From contig CBDCNV010000001.1 of assembly GCA_965219535.1 (NCBI GenBank), forward strand, positions 690,001 to 722,000: DNA of 32,000 nt. The letters are read 5' to 3'. A model generated the notes under the pieces. That model had not been told where the DNA came from. It did not search any database and saw only the letters and a list, made by a program, of their open reading frames with translations. How positions within the stretch are numbered: position 1 is the first letter of the stretch; each line of letters starts with the position of its first letter. A program made the position numbers and the translations under genes. Shown piece by piece: positions 7,732-16,892 of the stretch. The stretch comes from Opitutales bacterium (lineage in GTDB: Bacteria > Verrucomicrobiota > Verrucomicrobiia > Opitutales > PNEW01).

Positions 7732-8681
7732 GCGCTGAATTTTCTGATAAGAGTAAAAAATCTTTTGAATATAATGAATCATGGAATGCACTTCCGAACG
7801 CATTGGAGTATGCATTTGCTCAAGTTCAATTTCGACGTTTTCGTCCTGATGTGGTGATTACCTGCTATGGCTGGATTAATCCGGTATTTGAAAAATCAGG
7901 ATATTTTTCCCATTGCTATCGTGTCGTCATTCATCCGGACGTTTGGCACAGTCGTTTAAAAAATGGACGAGATCAAAAAGTTGAAATCACCGAATCCAGT
8001 CTCTCCCAAAGCGAGGAATCTAGACTTCTCAATCTTTCGGATCTAATCGTTGCAATAAGCGATGAAGATGCATGTATCTTTCGCGAAATGTTACCAAATA
8101 AAGAAGTAATCGTGGTTCCAAAAGGGTGTAAAGTAAGATTACTTAACCGTGAAAAACAAATTTCGGGACGCTGTCTATTTGTTGGAAGTGAAAATGGTCC
8201 TAACATAACTGGATTGAATTGGTTCCTTACGGATGTCTGGCCTATAATTCGCAAGAGGCACCCAGAAGTTCATTTGGATATTGTAGGAACCATTAATCGA
8301 GCTTTTGAAAATGAATACCCTAATGTTCGTTTTCACGGCAGAGTTGATGATTTAACTAACTTTTACGAGCAAGCCCAAGTTGTTATTGCACCATTACTAT
8401 ATGGAAGTGGCATGAAAATAAAAGTAGCTGAAGCGATGTCCTATGGTAAAGCCTGTGTTACGACTTCTATGGGTCTTCAAGGGTTATTATCTGCAAAAAT
8501 AGCTGTAACCTGTGCTGATTCTACAACTGATTTCGCAGATAGTTTAATTCGAATTTTAACAGAAAATGATCTACGTAAATCTTTGGAATTTAATGCGAGG
8601 AAATATGTCGAGGATAATCTGTCTCCTGAAAAATGCTATTCTCCACTGAATGATTATTTTGAAAAAAATCTAAATTCCTAA
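7732..8681 (+). pseudogene. GT4-type (GT-B) glycosyltransferase, 5'-truncated at the IS3 copy 1 right end
   Basis: The ORF-track protein (7803-8681, TTG start) begins at ...FRRFRPDVVITCYGW. It lacks the usual N-terminal Gly-rich strand-loop (~50-80 aa). The frame is open upstream right up to the IS boundary at 7731/7732. C-terminal domain motifs are present: CLFVGSENGPNITGL ... GSGMKIKVAEAMSYGKACVTT. Confidence 0.6.
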
Positions 8682-8697
8682 CCATTGATCATCTTAA

Positions 8698-10287
8698 ATG
8701 AGTGTTCCTAAAGTAAGTGTAATCATGCCCGTTTATAATGCCATTCCTTATCTTAGCGCTGCCATCGAAAGTATATTGAAGCAAACGTTTACTGATTTCG
8801 AATTCATTATTGTGAATGACGGATCGTCGGATCGTTCTCTATCTATTCTCAAAAAGTATGAAAAAAAAGATAACCGAATACAACTTTACAGCCGTAAAAA
8901 TACTGGAATCGTTGGTGCTTTAAATGAAGGCATTTCCTATTCTAGAACAGACCTTCTGGCTCGTATGGATGCTGATGATATATCATTACCTGAAAGATTA
9001 GAACGCCAGGTTGACTATATGTCCAAGCATCGGGAGTGTGTCGCTTTAGGAACGGATGTTTATTATATGGATGCTGATGGAGCTATTTTAAAAAGACAAC
9101 ACTTGCCTACCACCCATAAGAAAATTGAAGTAGCCTTGCTCGTTGGTAATAGTGGTGCAATCTGTCATCCCGCTCTCATGCTGCGCAAAGAATCTTTGGA
9201 TGCGGTTGGGAAATATCGCAGGGAAGCCCAATTCGTTGAGGATCTCGATTTGCTCCTGCGTCTATCCAGGAAAGGCAGTTTGATTAATCTTTCAGAACCG
9301 CTTTTAAAGTATCGCATACACTTTCAAAGTACGAATTTTAAGAAAAGTGAAGAACAGAAAAAAATAAAGATTCGCATTCTTGAAACCGAACGACAATCCC
9401 GGAACCTTCCCTTTGATAAGGGAATTGTTTCATTTAATCATCCAACTTATTCAACCCCTGGTGGATTTCATCGTCAATGTGCTTATTATGCAATTTCGTC
9501 CAATCATAAGTCTACTGCGTTAAAACATGCATGGAAAGCATGCGTCAGAGAACCCTTAAGAAAAGAGTCTTTGGTATGCTTAAATATATTTTTTACAATT
9601 GCATGGTATCAAACGATAGTTCCTATGGGAAAAACTGATATCAGCGTTATCCTCTGCACACATAATCCGAAGAGGGATTATCTTAATCGTTCGCTGGAAA
9701 GTATTAGCAAGCAGACTTTGCCAAAAGCGAAGTGGGAAGTTATTCTCGTTGATAATGCATCTGACCCCCCATTGGAACAATCCCAACTGCCACAGGCCAA
9801 TCCCAACTTTCGACTGATCAAGGAAAATACATTGGGTTTAACCCGGGCACGCCTTAAGGGTATAAAAGAAGCTCGAGGAGAATCATTAGTTTTCCTTGAT
9901 GACGATAATATACTGGCATCTGATTACCTTGCGGAAGCTTCTCAAATCGCAGAGCGATGTTCCTGGATTGGAGTTTGGGGAGGAAATATCAATGCTGAGT
10001 TTGAGATTACTCCACCGGAATGGATTAACCCTTTTTTGTGTTATTTAGCAGTCCGTTCTGTAAATAAAGAAATTTGGTCAAATCAGATTAATTATAAGTG
10101 TATTCCTTATGGTGCGGGATTTTGCGTAAGAAAGGTCGTGGCACGTGAATATGCACATATTGTTGAGCAGGATGAATTCAGAATGAAACTGGATCGGCAG
10201 GGAGATATTTTGAATTCCGGAGGTGATTCAGACCTTGCCTTTACCGCCTGTGATATGGGTTTGGGTATCGGTCTCTTCCCGTCTTAA
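8698..10287 (+). CDS. two-domain family 2 glycosyltransferase (GT2-GT2), ending at a premature in-frame TAA
   Basis: There are two GT-A signatures: VSVIMPVYNAIPYLSAAIESILKQTFTDFEFIIVNDGSSD ... RMDADD, and ISVILCTHNPKRDYLNRSLESISKQTLPKAKWEVILVDNASD ... FLDDDN. The same frame continues after TAA 10285-10287 through ORF 10336-10548 (see findings). Confidence 0.8.
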   Translation: MSVPKVSVIMPVYNAIPYLSAAIESILKQTFTDFEFIIVNDGSSDRSLSILKKYEKKDNRIQLYSRKNTGIVGALNEGISYSRTDLLARMDADDISLPERLERQVDYMSKHRECVALGTDVYYMDADGAILKRQHLPTTHKKIEVALLVGNSGAICHPALMLRKESLDAVGKYRREAQFVEDLDLLLRLSRKGSLINLSEPLLKYRIHFQSTNFKKSEEQKKIKIRILETERQSRNLPFDKGIVSFNHPTYSTPGGFHRQCAYYAISSNHKSTALKHAWKACVREPLRKESLVCLNIFFTIAWYQTIVPMGKTDISVILCTHNPKRDYLNRSLESISKQTLPKAKWEVILVDNASDPPLEQSQLPQANPNFRLIKENTLGLTRARLKGIKEARGESLVFLDDDNILASDYLAEASQIAERCSWIGVWGGNINAEFEITPPEWINPFLCYLAVRSVNKEIWSNQINYKCIPYGAGFCVRKVVAREYAHIVEQDEFRMKLDRQGDILNSGGDSDLAFTACDMGLGIGLFPS

Positions 10288-10676
10288 AAGTTAATCCATA
10301 TTATTCCCGCATCAAGGATTCGTGAGGACTATATCGTGCGTTTACTGGAAGGAATAGCTTATTCAGCCGTTTGTGTTTCTTTCTTCCACAATCTAGATGT
10401 ATCACCCAAAATAGAATCACTTACTACTCGGCTAGTAAACAGATATAAGTTATTTCGCATGGAAAAACGGCAACGCAAATTTTTTCTGGCAAAAAAGAGA
10501 GGGAAGAAAAAAGCGCTCAATGCATTGAATATAAAAGGATACATTTGATAGAAAAATATCGGATTTTATTTTAATAATAAGATCATATTTCTTTCCATCT
10601 CAACAATATATGGAAATGAACCTGTATAACTTTTATGTATTCCCGAAAGTGATATGATGGAAGAAAACGAACTTTA

Positions 10677-11843
10677 TTGTTTATTGGCGTGATAAAAAAC
10701 GAAAAACGTTTCATTTATTTTGGTCATGCCCCAATGGAAGGGGCGGGGAGTGCTATTATCATATTGAGGCACTTGCAGCGACTCGCTGCCAATGGGTGGA
10801 AAATTTCAATGGTATCAGATTGGGGCCAATCTGCTGAAATTTGTAAACGGGAGAATTGGCCTGTCTTCTTTCTTCCCCACCGTAAATTCTGGTGGCCTCC
10901 TTTTAATCCTGATAATTCACTATCGCTTGCTATACGACTTTGGTTATGGACGGGCGAATGCTATAATTTCTTAGGAGGGAATAAACCCCATGCGGCATGC
11001 ACCTATCTTTCTGCTTTCAGTGATTTGCTTTCACAGGTTGCTATACGTTTTTCACATCGCTACGATGTTCCACTGTCAGTGATTATACATGATAATCCGG
11101 AAAACTTTTGCCATTCACCAGATGAAGCGTCAAAAGTCCGAAGTTATTATAATAGGGTGATCAGTGATGCTCATCACAACTGGTTTGCCTCTCCACAGTT
11201 GGCTGATATTTTTGGTCAAACCGAGAGTAATATTTCCGTCCTTCCACCCATCCCGGAAGGGTGGAAGGGAAAGTCTGAATGGAATCCTGCTTTTTCTGAA
11301 CGACCGCTTCTAGTCTATGCGGGAAAATTATGGGAAGTGCAGATTTCTCTTTTAGCTACTGTTGCTGAAGAGACGGCCGCTGCAGGTGGACGATTGTTGC
11401 TGATGGTTAAAAAAACTCCTGCAGTGGAAATGTTTTGCCGTAAGCATCCCGTTGATTGGAAGGAGCCATTTGATGAAAACCATGAAGCACTGCAGTATTT
11501 GTCCCAATGTGCTACCGCACTATTAGTGTCTTATACGGAAAATTCAAATATGATGCCATGGATTAGAACGAGTTTTCCCAGCAAACTCGTCGAATACTCT
11601 CATCTTGGGTTACCTATCCTTATTATGGCTCCTGAGGATAGCGCTGTTGCGATTTGGGCACGAGGTAAAAAATATCCTTATAGCATTACCCCTGACGATA
11701 TAAAGGGGTTAAGAAATTTTTTAGAGTCGCTTAAAATGAAATCGAAATGGGAACAGATGGCTCTTTTATCACGACAATATGCGAAATCTGCATTTAATCC
11801 AGAGACGATTCAAAAAGAATTTGAATCTAAGTTAACTGTCTGA
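10677..11843 (+). CDS. hypothetical protein, probably a divergent GT-B-fold glycosyltransferase
   Basis: 388-aa ORF inside the glycan locus. N-terminal RFIYFGHAPMEGAGSAIIILRHLQRLAANGWKISMV and C-terminal FPSKLVEYSHLGLPILIMAP resemble GT-B donor-binding elements. The start is uncertain: TTG 10677 or GTG 10689. Confidence 0.45.
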   Translation: MFIGVIKNEKRFIYFGHAPMEGAGSAIIILRHLQRLAANGWKISMVSDWGQSAEICKRENWPVFFLPHRKFWWPPFNPDNSLSLAIRLWLWTGECYNFLGGNKPHAACTYLSAFSDLLSQVAIRFSHRYDVPLSVIIHDNPENFCHSPDEASKVRSYYNRVISDAHHNWFASPQLADIFGQTESNISVLPPIPEGWKGKSEWNPAFSERPLLVYAGKLWEVQISLLATVAEETAAAGGRLLLMVKKTPAVEMFCRKHPVDWKEPFDENHEALQYLSQCATALLVSYTENSNMMPWIRTSFPSKLVEYSHLGLPILIMAPEDSAVAIWARGKKYPYSITPDDIKGLRNFLESLKMKSKWEQMALLSRQYAKSAFNPETIQKEFESKLTV

Positions 11844-11852
11844 GAGTTTTCA

Positions 11853-12968
11853 TTGAACGAGTTTAAGAATTATAAGAGGCCCATTCCAGTGGTTCTAGTC
11901 GGGTGTGGTGCAGTTAGCCGGTATTTTTATACCCCGGCAATCAAGACATTGTCTGAGCATGGCGATATAAACCTGAAAGCACTCGTTGACCCCGTTAAAG
12001 CTAACAGTGATATCCTGACCAATGAATTTCCCCATGCAGAAAGGGCAGTAGATATCAAGGATGTTGATATTTCAAATGGACAACTTGTAATCATTGCTTC
12101 ACCTCCTCGTTTTCATGCTTCTCAGGGCATATTAGCCTTGGAAAAAGGAGCATCAGTGCTTTGTGAAAAACCTATGGCTGCTTCGAGCGCGGAAGCCGAG
12201 GCGATGATAAAGTCAAATGAAGTTAATGGTGGTATTTTGGCGGTTGGTCATTACAGGCGTTTTTATCCAGCGGCAGAAACAATAAAAAGCATCATCGATC
12301 ATCAACCACTGGGAAAACTTAAGCGATTTACTCTCTATGAAGGAAGTTCTGGAAAATGGCAGGCACAATCGGATTCTTTCTTAAACAAAGAATCAACTTC
12401 AGGCGGTGTATTTTTTGATCTCGGTGTCCACGTTGTGGATTTGATCCTATGGTGGCTGGGTGAACCCGCCGAATTTACCTATGAAGATGATGCGATGGGA
12501 GGATTTGAAGCCAATTGTCGACTACACTTAGAATACCCCAATGGATGTCTCGGAGAGGTTCGCCTTAGTAAGGATTGGGAAAATGAAAACCATCACACAT
12601 TTTATTTCGAAAATGGATTTGTCAGGTGGAAAGTTGGAGACGCGAATGGCATTCAGATCTGTCTTGAGGGTATGGATCCATTATTATGTGGAAAATTAAA
12701 AAAATATCGTCGAAGTGAAGCTGGTATCTCAGAGAAGGATGATCTCAGGACTGACCCCCAATCTTTTATTGAACAATTGCGTAATATTGTCGCAACGATG
12801 TGCGGGGAAGAAGAATTGAAAGTCACCGGTAGCACAGGTCTGCAGTCATTGAAATTTATTGAGAATTGTTACGCTAAGAAAAAACTGATGACCATGCCAT
12901 GGCTTACAAGTGATGAAACCCATAATGCCGAGAAATTAGCATCCCACTTGCGCACGCGCTCATCATGA
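11853..12968 (+). CDS. Gfo/Idh/MocA-family NAD(P)-dependent sugar oxidoreductase
   Basis: 371-aa ORF with Rossmann N-terminus PVVLVGCGAVSRYFYTPA and the family motif VLCEKPMAASSAEAEAM. TTG start. Confidence 0.8.
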   Translation: MNEFKNYKRPIPVVLVGCGAVSRYFYTPAIKTLSEHGDINLKALVDPVKANSDILTNEFPHAERAVDIKDVDISNGQLVIIASPPRFHASQGILALEKGASVLCEKPMAASSAEAEAMIKSNEVNGGILAVGHYRRFYPAAETIKSIIDHQPLGKLKRFTLYEGSSGKWQAQSDSFLNKESTSGGVFFDLGVHVVDLILWWLGEPAEFTYEDDAMGGFEANCRLHLEYPNGCLGEVRLSKDWENENHHTFYFENGFVRWKVGDANGIQICLEGMDPLLCGKLKKYRRSEAGISEKDDLRTDPQSFIEQLRNIVATMCGEEELKVTGSTGLQSLKFIENCYAKKKLMTMPWLTSDETHNAEKLASHLRTRSS

Positions 12969-14038
12969 AAATCGCGATCATCGGAGCGAGCGGATTCATC
13001 GGCACACGTTTAGTCGAATGTCTGGTCTTAAACCGTGAAGCTGATGTTGTTCCTATTATCAGAAACTATAGTAGTCAGATATCAATATCGCGTTTTGATT
13101 TGCCGTCGAAGGTTTGCGATATCCTCGATGAAAGATCGCTTGCTAATTCTCTATCCGGTTGCGATGCGGTTATTCATGCTGCACTGGGAGATCCCGGACA
13201 AATAGTTAAGATGGCGGCATCCATTTATACCGCAGCAGATAGAGCTAAAGTTAAAAAACTAATTGTTCTGAGCAGTGCGTCTGTGCATGGTCAGGCTCCC
13301 GCTCCCGGGACAAATGAAGAATCACCGCTCCATCTTCGTCATGCGCTGGAATATAATAATGCTAAAGTTAGGGCGGAAAGAGTTCTGTTTAAATTGCACC
13401 GCCAGGGTAATACCGAGTTAGTTCTCTTTCGTCCAGGAATAGTCTATGGCCCACGCTCACGTTTTATTGGTGATATTGCCAGGCAATTGATCAACCACGG
13501 CGCTTACCTGATTAATGAAGGTAAGGGAATATGTAACGGAATTTACGTTGATAACCTTATTGAAGCTATTTTGCTCTCCATTAAAAACTCCCATCTTAAT
13601 GGAGAGTCTTTTCTTGTCGGGGATGCTGAAACCATTACCTGGCGACAAATTTATGAATCGATAGCAGCTCCATTGGATGTGAATGTAAATTCAGTTCATC
13701 AACTCAATCCCCCGGTTTTTAAAAAGTCGCGGAAGCAGAATTGGGAAGAGTTGATTGCTAATCCCATTGTTCAAGCCGTCCTTCCTGTTGTTCCTCGTAA
13801 TTTAAAGGAATTGACAAAAAGATTAATCGCCGCTTACCCGTCTCCTGTTCCTGAAAGGGTCTGGACATTAGCGCATGGGTCTCAACCTGAAATTACTAAG
13901 GAGATGTGCCTGCTCCAACAGTGTTCATGGAAGCTTCCTCACACCAAAGCGGAAAAGACTTTAGGCTATATACCGCAGGTGACATTCCAGGAGGGGATTA
14001 ATCGTACCCTTGCCTGGTTAAAATTCGCCATGAGTTAA
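12965..14038 (+). CDS. NAD-dependent epimerase/dehydratase (extended SDR)
   Basis: 357-aa ORF with MKIAIIGASGFIGTRLVECL (G-x-x-G-x-x-G) and YNNAK (Y-x-x-x-K). It has an ATGA start/stop overlap with the upstream oxidoreductase gene. Confidence 0.85.
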   Translation: MKIAIIGASGFIGTRLVECLVLNREADVVPIIRNYSSQISISRFDLPSKVCDILDERSLANSLSGCDAVIHAALGDPGQIVKMAASIYTAADRAKVKKLIVLSSASVHGQAPAPGTNEESPLHLRHALEYNNAKVRAERVLFKLHRQGNTELVLFRPGIVYGPRSRFIGDIARQLINHGAYLINEGKGICNGIYVDNLIEAILLSIKNSHLNGESFLVGDAETITWRQIYESIAAPLDVNVNSVHQLNPPVFKKSRKQNWEELIANPIVQAVLPVVPRNLKELTKRLIAAYPSPVPERVWTLAHGSQPEITKEMCLLQQCSWKLPHTKAEKTLGYIPQVTFQEGINRTLAWLKFAMS

Positions 14039-14088
14039 TTCGATTACATTAAATTACTTCTATAGAAGTATTAATCGAATTTAAATAA

Positions 14089-14979
14089 ATGGAAACCGTA
14101 AGCATCATAATTCCCGCATTTGAGAGCGGTCGATTTCTTAATAAAGCTCTCATTCACCTGAAGAGACAGTCAATCACTGAATGGGAACTTTTAGTAGTTG
14201 ATGATGCTTCAACGGACGACACAAGGGAAATTGTTAATCGTTTTATTCAAACTGTACCAAATCGTGTCGTATATCTTAAAAACGAAAAAAATCTCGGAGT
14301 TGCTCACTCACGTAATAAAGCTATGCAAATTGCCTTAGGTGATATCTTCGCATTTTTAGACGCTGACGATTTTTGGAGTGAGAATCATCTCGAGGAGGGA
14401 TTAAAAACGTTACACCAGGGGTACGATTTTTGTCATTCAGGAGTGTTTATTTATGATCGCGAGAGAGAGGAAGTAATTAAAGAAATTATTCCATATTGTT
14501 ATCGGGGTCAAAACCTGCCATTGGCTCTTTTTAAAGGGAATTTTATCTATACTACCTCATCGGTGATGATAAAAAGAAAAATGGCTAAAATACTAAATGG
14601 TTTTATAGATGGAATAATGGTTGGTGAAGATTGGGATTTCTGGTTTCGTGCATTATTAAATAAGTTCAAGTTGGGATACACAGGGCAAATAACCTGTTAC
14701 TACAATAAGCATGAAACAAATACAATGAGGCAAACCCTTATGGTCGCTGAAAATAGTTTGAAATTCTATAGAAGGTATAGAGATGCAGATAATATTCCCT
14801 CTAATATTCGAAATAGGTATCTCGCTAAAAGTCTCGTAAATTATTCAAAATTGATTGTTCGGGAGCAGCCCAGTAAAGCTATTAAGTACTTGTATGAAGC
14901 CTGGCGCTATCGTCCCTTGGCTATAAACTATTTGATTTATGTAATATATACATGGCTGTTTTTAAAAAGAAAAAATTAG
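14089..14979 (+). CDS. family 2 glycosyltransferase
   Basis: 296-aa ORF with VSIIIPAFESGRFLNKALIHLKRQSITEWELLVVDDASTDDT and FLDADD (D-x-D). Confidence 0.85.
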   Translation: METVSIIIPAFESGRFLNKALIHLKRQSITEWELLVVDDASTDDTREIVNRFIQTVPNRVVYLKNEKNLGVAHSRNKAMQIALGDIFAFLDADDFWSENHLEEGLKTLHQGYDFCHSGVFIYDREREEVIKEIIPYCYRGQNLPLALFKGNFIYTTSSVMIKRKMAKILNGFIDGIMVGEDWDFWFRALLNKFKLGYTGQITCYYNKHETNTMRQTLMVAENSLKFYRRYRDADNIPSNIRNRYLAKSLVNYSKLIVREQPSKAIKYLYEAWRYRPLAINYLIYVIYTWLFLKRKN

Positions 14980-15241
14980 GCTTTCAACCATGCTGACAAT
15001 GCTTGTTTTCAGATAATTGTGGAGATTGATTTCTTATCACACTATTTCATTTAAATTATAAACGGGATATTTACTCAAGTAATCGAATTTAAAAAAAATT
15101 GTCTTAGTGCATATAGCCACTCACTTTAATGATAATCTTAGTTAGTATACAGGAAACTTACTTGTTTGATAATAAGATCGATGTATATGGGGGAAGTTTT
15201 TGATGGAGCACAGTTGATCGGACCCCGTTTTTCGTACCAAT

Positions 15242-16207
15242 TTAAGTGAGAGAGTTACCGGGTGTTAATGGTTTTAGGATTGATGTATATGAGAGATCTT
15301 GGCGAAGTGAGGGCGTAGCCCGAACGCGGCCAAGATCGGAAAGGAATCTGACAAACTCTTGTGGGCTTTTGAAGCCTAAACGACTGTGGGGATGTTCATG
15401 GTTATAGGTCTGACGCCATTGTTCGATTACCACTTGCGCTTCAGCCACGCTGAGTAACACTTCACGGTTCAAACACTCATCGCGTAAGCGGTTGTGAAAC
15501 GACTCGATGAAACCGTTTTGCCAGGGACTGCCCGGATCGATATAGATCGCCTTTATGTTATTACCGGACAACCACTGCTGCACTTGATGAGCAATGAACT
15601 CACTGCCGTTGTCACTACGGATATAGCTGGGAGGTCCCTCCTCTTCAATGGCCTCGCTAAGCACAGAGAGGACATCGGTTGAGGTGAGTTGACGAGCGAC
15701 CCGGATATCCAGGCATTTACGCGTATATGTCTTCGCTTCGCTTGAGTGTCGTCGCTTTCAGCTCCTCGGTACATCGATTAGAGTCATCATCTTTAATGGA
15801 CCGCCGTTGTCTGTACGATCATGGACAAAGTCCCAGGACCAAACGTGATTGCGACCCTTTGCTTTAGTAGGTGACCCCGTAGAGACTCCTTGACGGTGTC
15901 TGCCCTTTTTCGGGGGCTTTACCTGCAGCCCTTCTGAACGTCGTACCGCCTGGACAAACTTCCTGCTTGTTGTCCAGCCTTCCTTTACCAGCAAGGCACG
16001 GATGCGCCGGTAACCGTAGCGGGGATGTTTCCAGGACAAGCTCACAATCCGCTCGACCAACCGCTGAGCTTTCTCACTGGCCTGTTTGGGCCGGTAACTG
16101 AACGTTGACCAACTCAGGCTGAGATAAGCACAAGCCCTCCGCAACGAGCACAACCCTTTCTCAGCCGCAGCTTTTACTACTCGTTTCTTCTGCTTTGGGC
16201 TCACCAT
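15242..16207 (-). pseudogene. IS3 orfB (DDE transposase) with the same in-frame TGA (15758-15760)
   Basis: ORFs 15758-16207 and 15242-15664 are co-linear in one frame. Their proteins are identical to those of copy 1. Confidence 0.85.
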
Positions 16208-16467
16208 TTTTTTGACAGCGTTTCCTCCATTACCTGATTCTTGAGCATTTGATCTGCGAGCAGCTTCTTCAGCTCGGTATTTTCTTTTTCCAGCTCTTTA
16301 AATCGCTTCGCATCGGCAAGTTCTAAATTGCCATATTTTTTACGCCAGCGATAGAAAGTCTGTTCGCTCAGGTTGTTTCCACGGCAGATTTCCTGTACCG
16401 TTTTACCGGTATCGGCTTGCCGCAATATTGTTATAATCTGTTCTGTTGTGTATCTTTTTCTTTTCAT
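16201..16467 (-). CDS. IS3 orfA, intact (88 aa HTH / leucine-zipper transposase subunit)
   Basis: MKRKRYTTEQIITILRQADTGKTVQEICRGNNLSEQTFYRWRKKYGNLELADAKRFKELEKENTELKKLLADQMLKNQVMEETLSKKW is a typical IS3/IS911-type OrfA. Confidence 0.9.
   Translation of the reverse strand: MKRKRYTTEQIITILRQADTGKTVQEICRGNNLSEQTFYRWRKKYGNLELADAKRFKELEKENTELKKLLADQMLKNQVMEETLSKKW
16207..16213 (-). promoter_or_regulatory. A7 slippery heptamer (-1 frameshift site) of IS3 copy 2
   Basis: T7 run on the plus strand at 16207-16213. This is the mirror of 6733-6739. Confidence 0.7.
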
Positions 16468-16532
16468 TGAGGTTATCTGTTTATCCCGATAACCTCTCTC
16501 TGTAAATGATACGATTTTTGGGGGTCACTCCA

Positions 16533-16892
16533 CTGGGATTTCTATTGGCTGAAGGTGAATGGGCGCGGGTTTTTCTGGAGATCGGACCAGTCCTCGGATT
16601 TTTTTATATAATATTTAGAATCTCTATTTGTGTTTATCTGTTTAAGGTGGCTGCATCTAGCGCGCGTTCGGGTAATTTTCTGCCTATGTTGCTTTTTGGC
16701 AGCTGCTTTTTACTCATTATTACTGGCCAGTTCGGGCAGGCCACAACATTGGGTTTTACTGTTTTCATCGCCGGTCTTACTCTGGCTGCTTCGCGTGAGA
16801 TTAAAAATAATACGAAATCTCCACCCAAGCAGGTCGATGTTTCGTCTCCTAGCTTTCCTCAGAATATTAGTGCCCGAATACCCTCTTCCTGA
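16533..16892 (+). pseudogene. 3' fragment of an O-antigen polymerase/ligase-like (Wzy_C-type) membrane protein, truncated by IS3 copy 2
   Basis: The sequence is hydrophobic and multi-pass: LGFLLAEGEWARVFLEIGPVLGFFYIIFRISICVYLF ... LPMLLFGSCFLLIITGQFGQATTLGFTVFIAGLTLAA. The frame is open across the IS boundary. The ORF-track start (16506) lies inside the IS terminal repeat. Confidence 0.55.

Larger units (their letters stand above)
15215..16532 (-). mobile_element. IS3-family insertion sequence, copy 2 (1318 bp), inverted relative to copy 1
   Basis: This is the reverse complement of 6387-7731, minus the 27-nt orfA insertion and with one synonymous difference (15455 vs 7491). ORF-track translations of the orfB parts are identical between the copies. 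Confidence 0.92.

Noticed and set aside
10336-10548. A 70-aa lysine/arginine-rich ORF as an independent small gene.
   Set aside because: It is in the same frame as the upstream GT2 gene, with no intervening stop other than the single TAA. The simpler reading is that it is the displaced C-terminus.
14072-15093. Exact 14-mer TAATCGAATTTAAA on both sides of the GT2 gene (14072-14085 and 15080-15093), as possible recombination or att-like sites.
   Set aside because: For a 32-kb AT-rich window, about one or more identical 14-mer pairs are expected by chance (roughly 5e8 pairs against 4^14 possibilities). There is no flanking extension of the match.
6387-16532. The idea that inversion between the two IS copies would restore the truncated GT4 or Wzy-like genes, acting as a phase switch.
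   Set aside because: After inversion an IS copy would still separate every pair of gene fragments. The missing 5' parts are also not present anywhere in the window.
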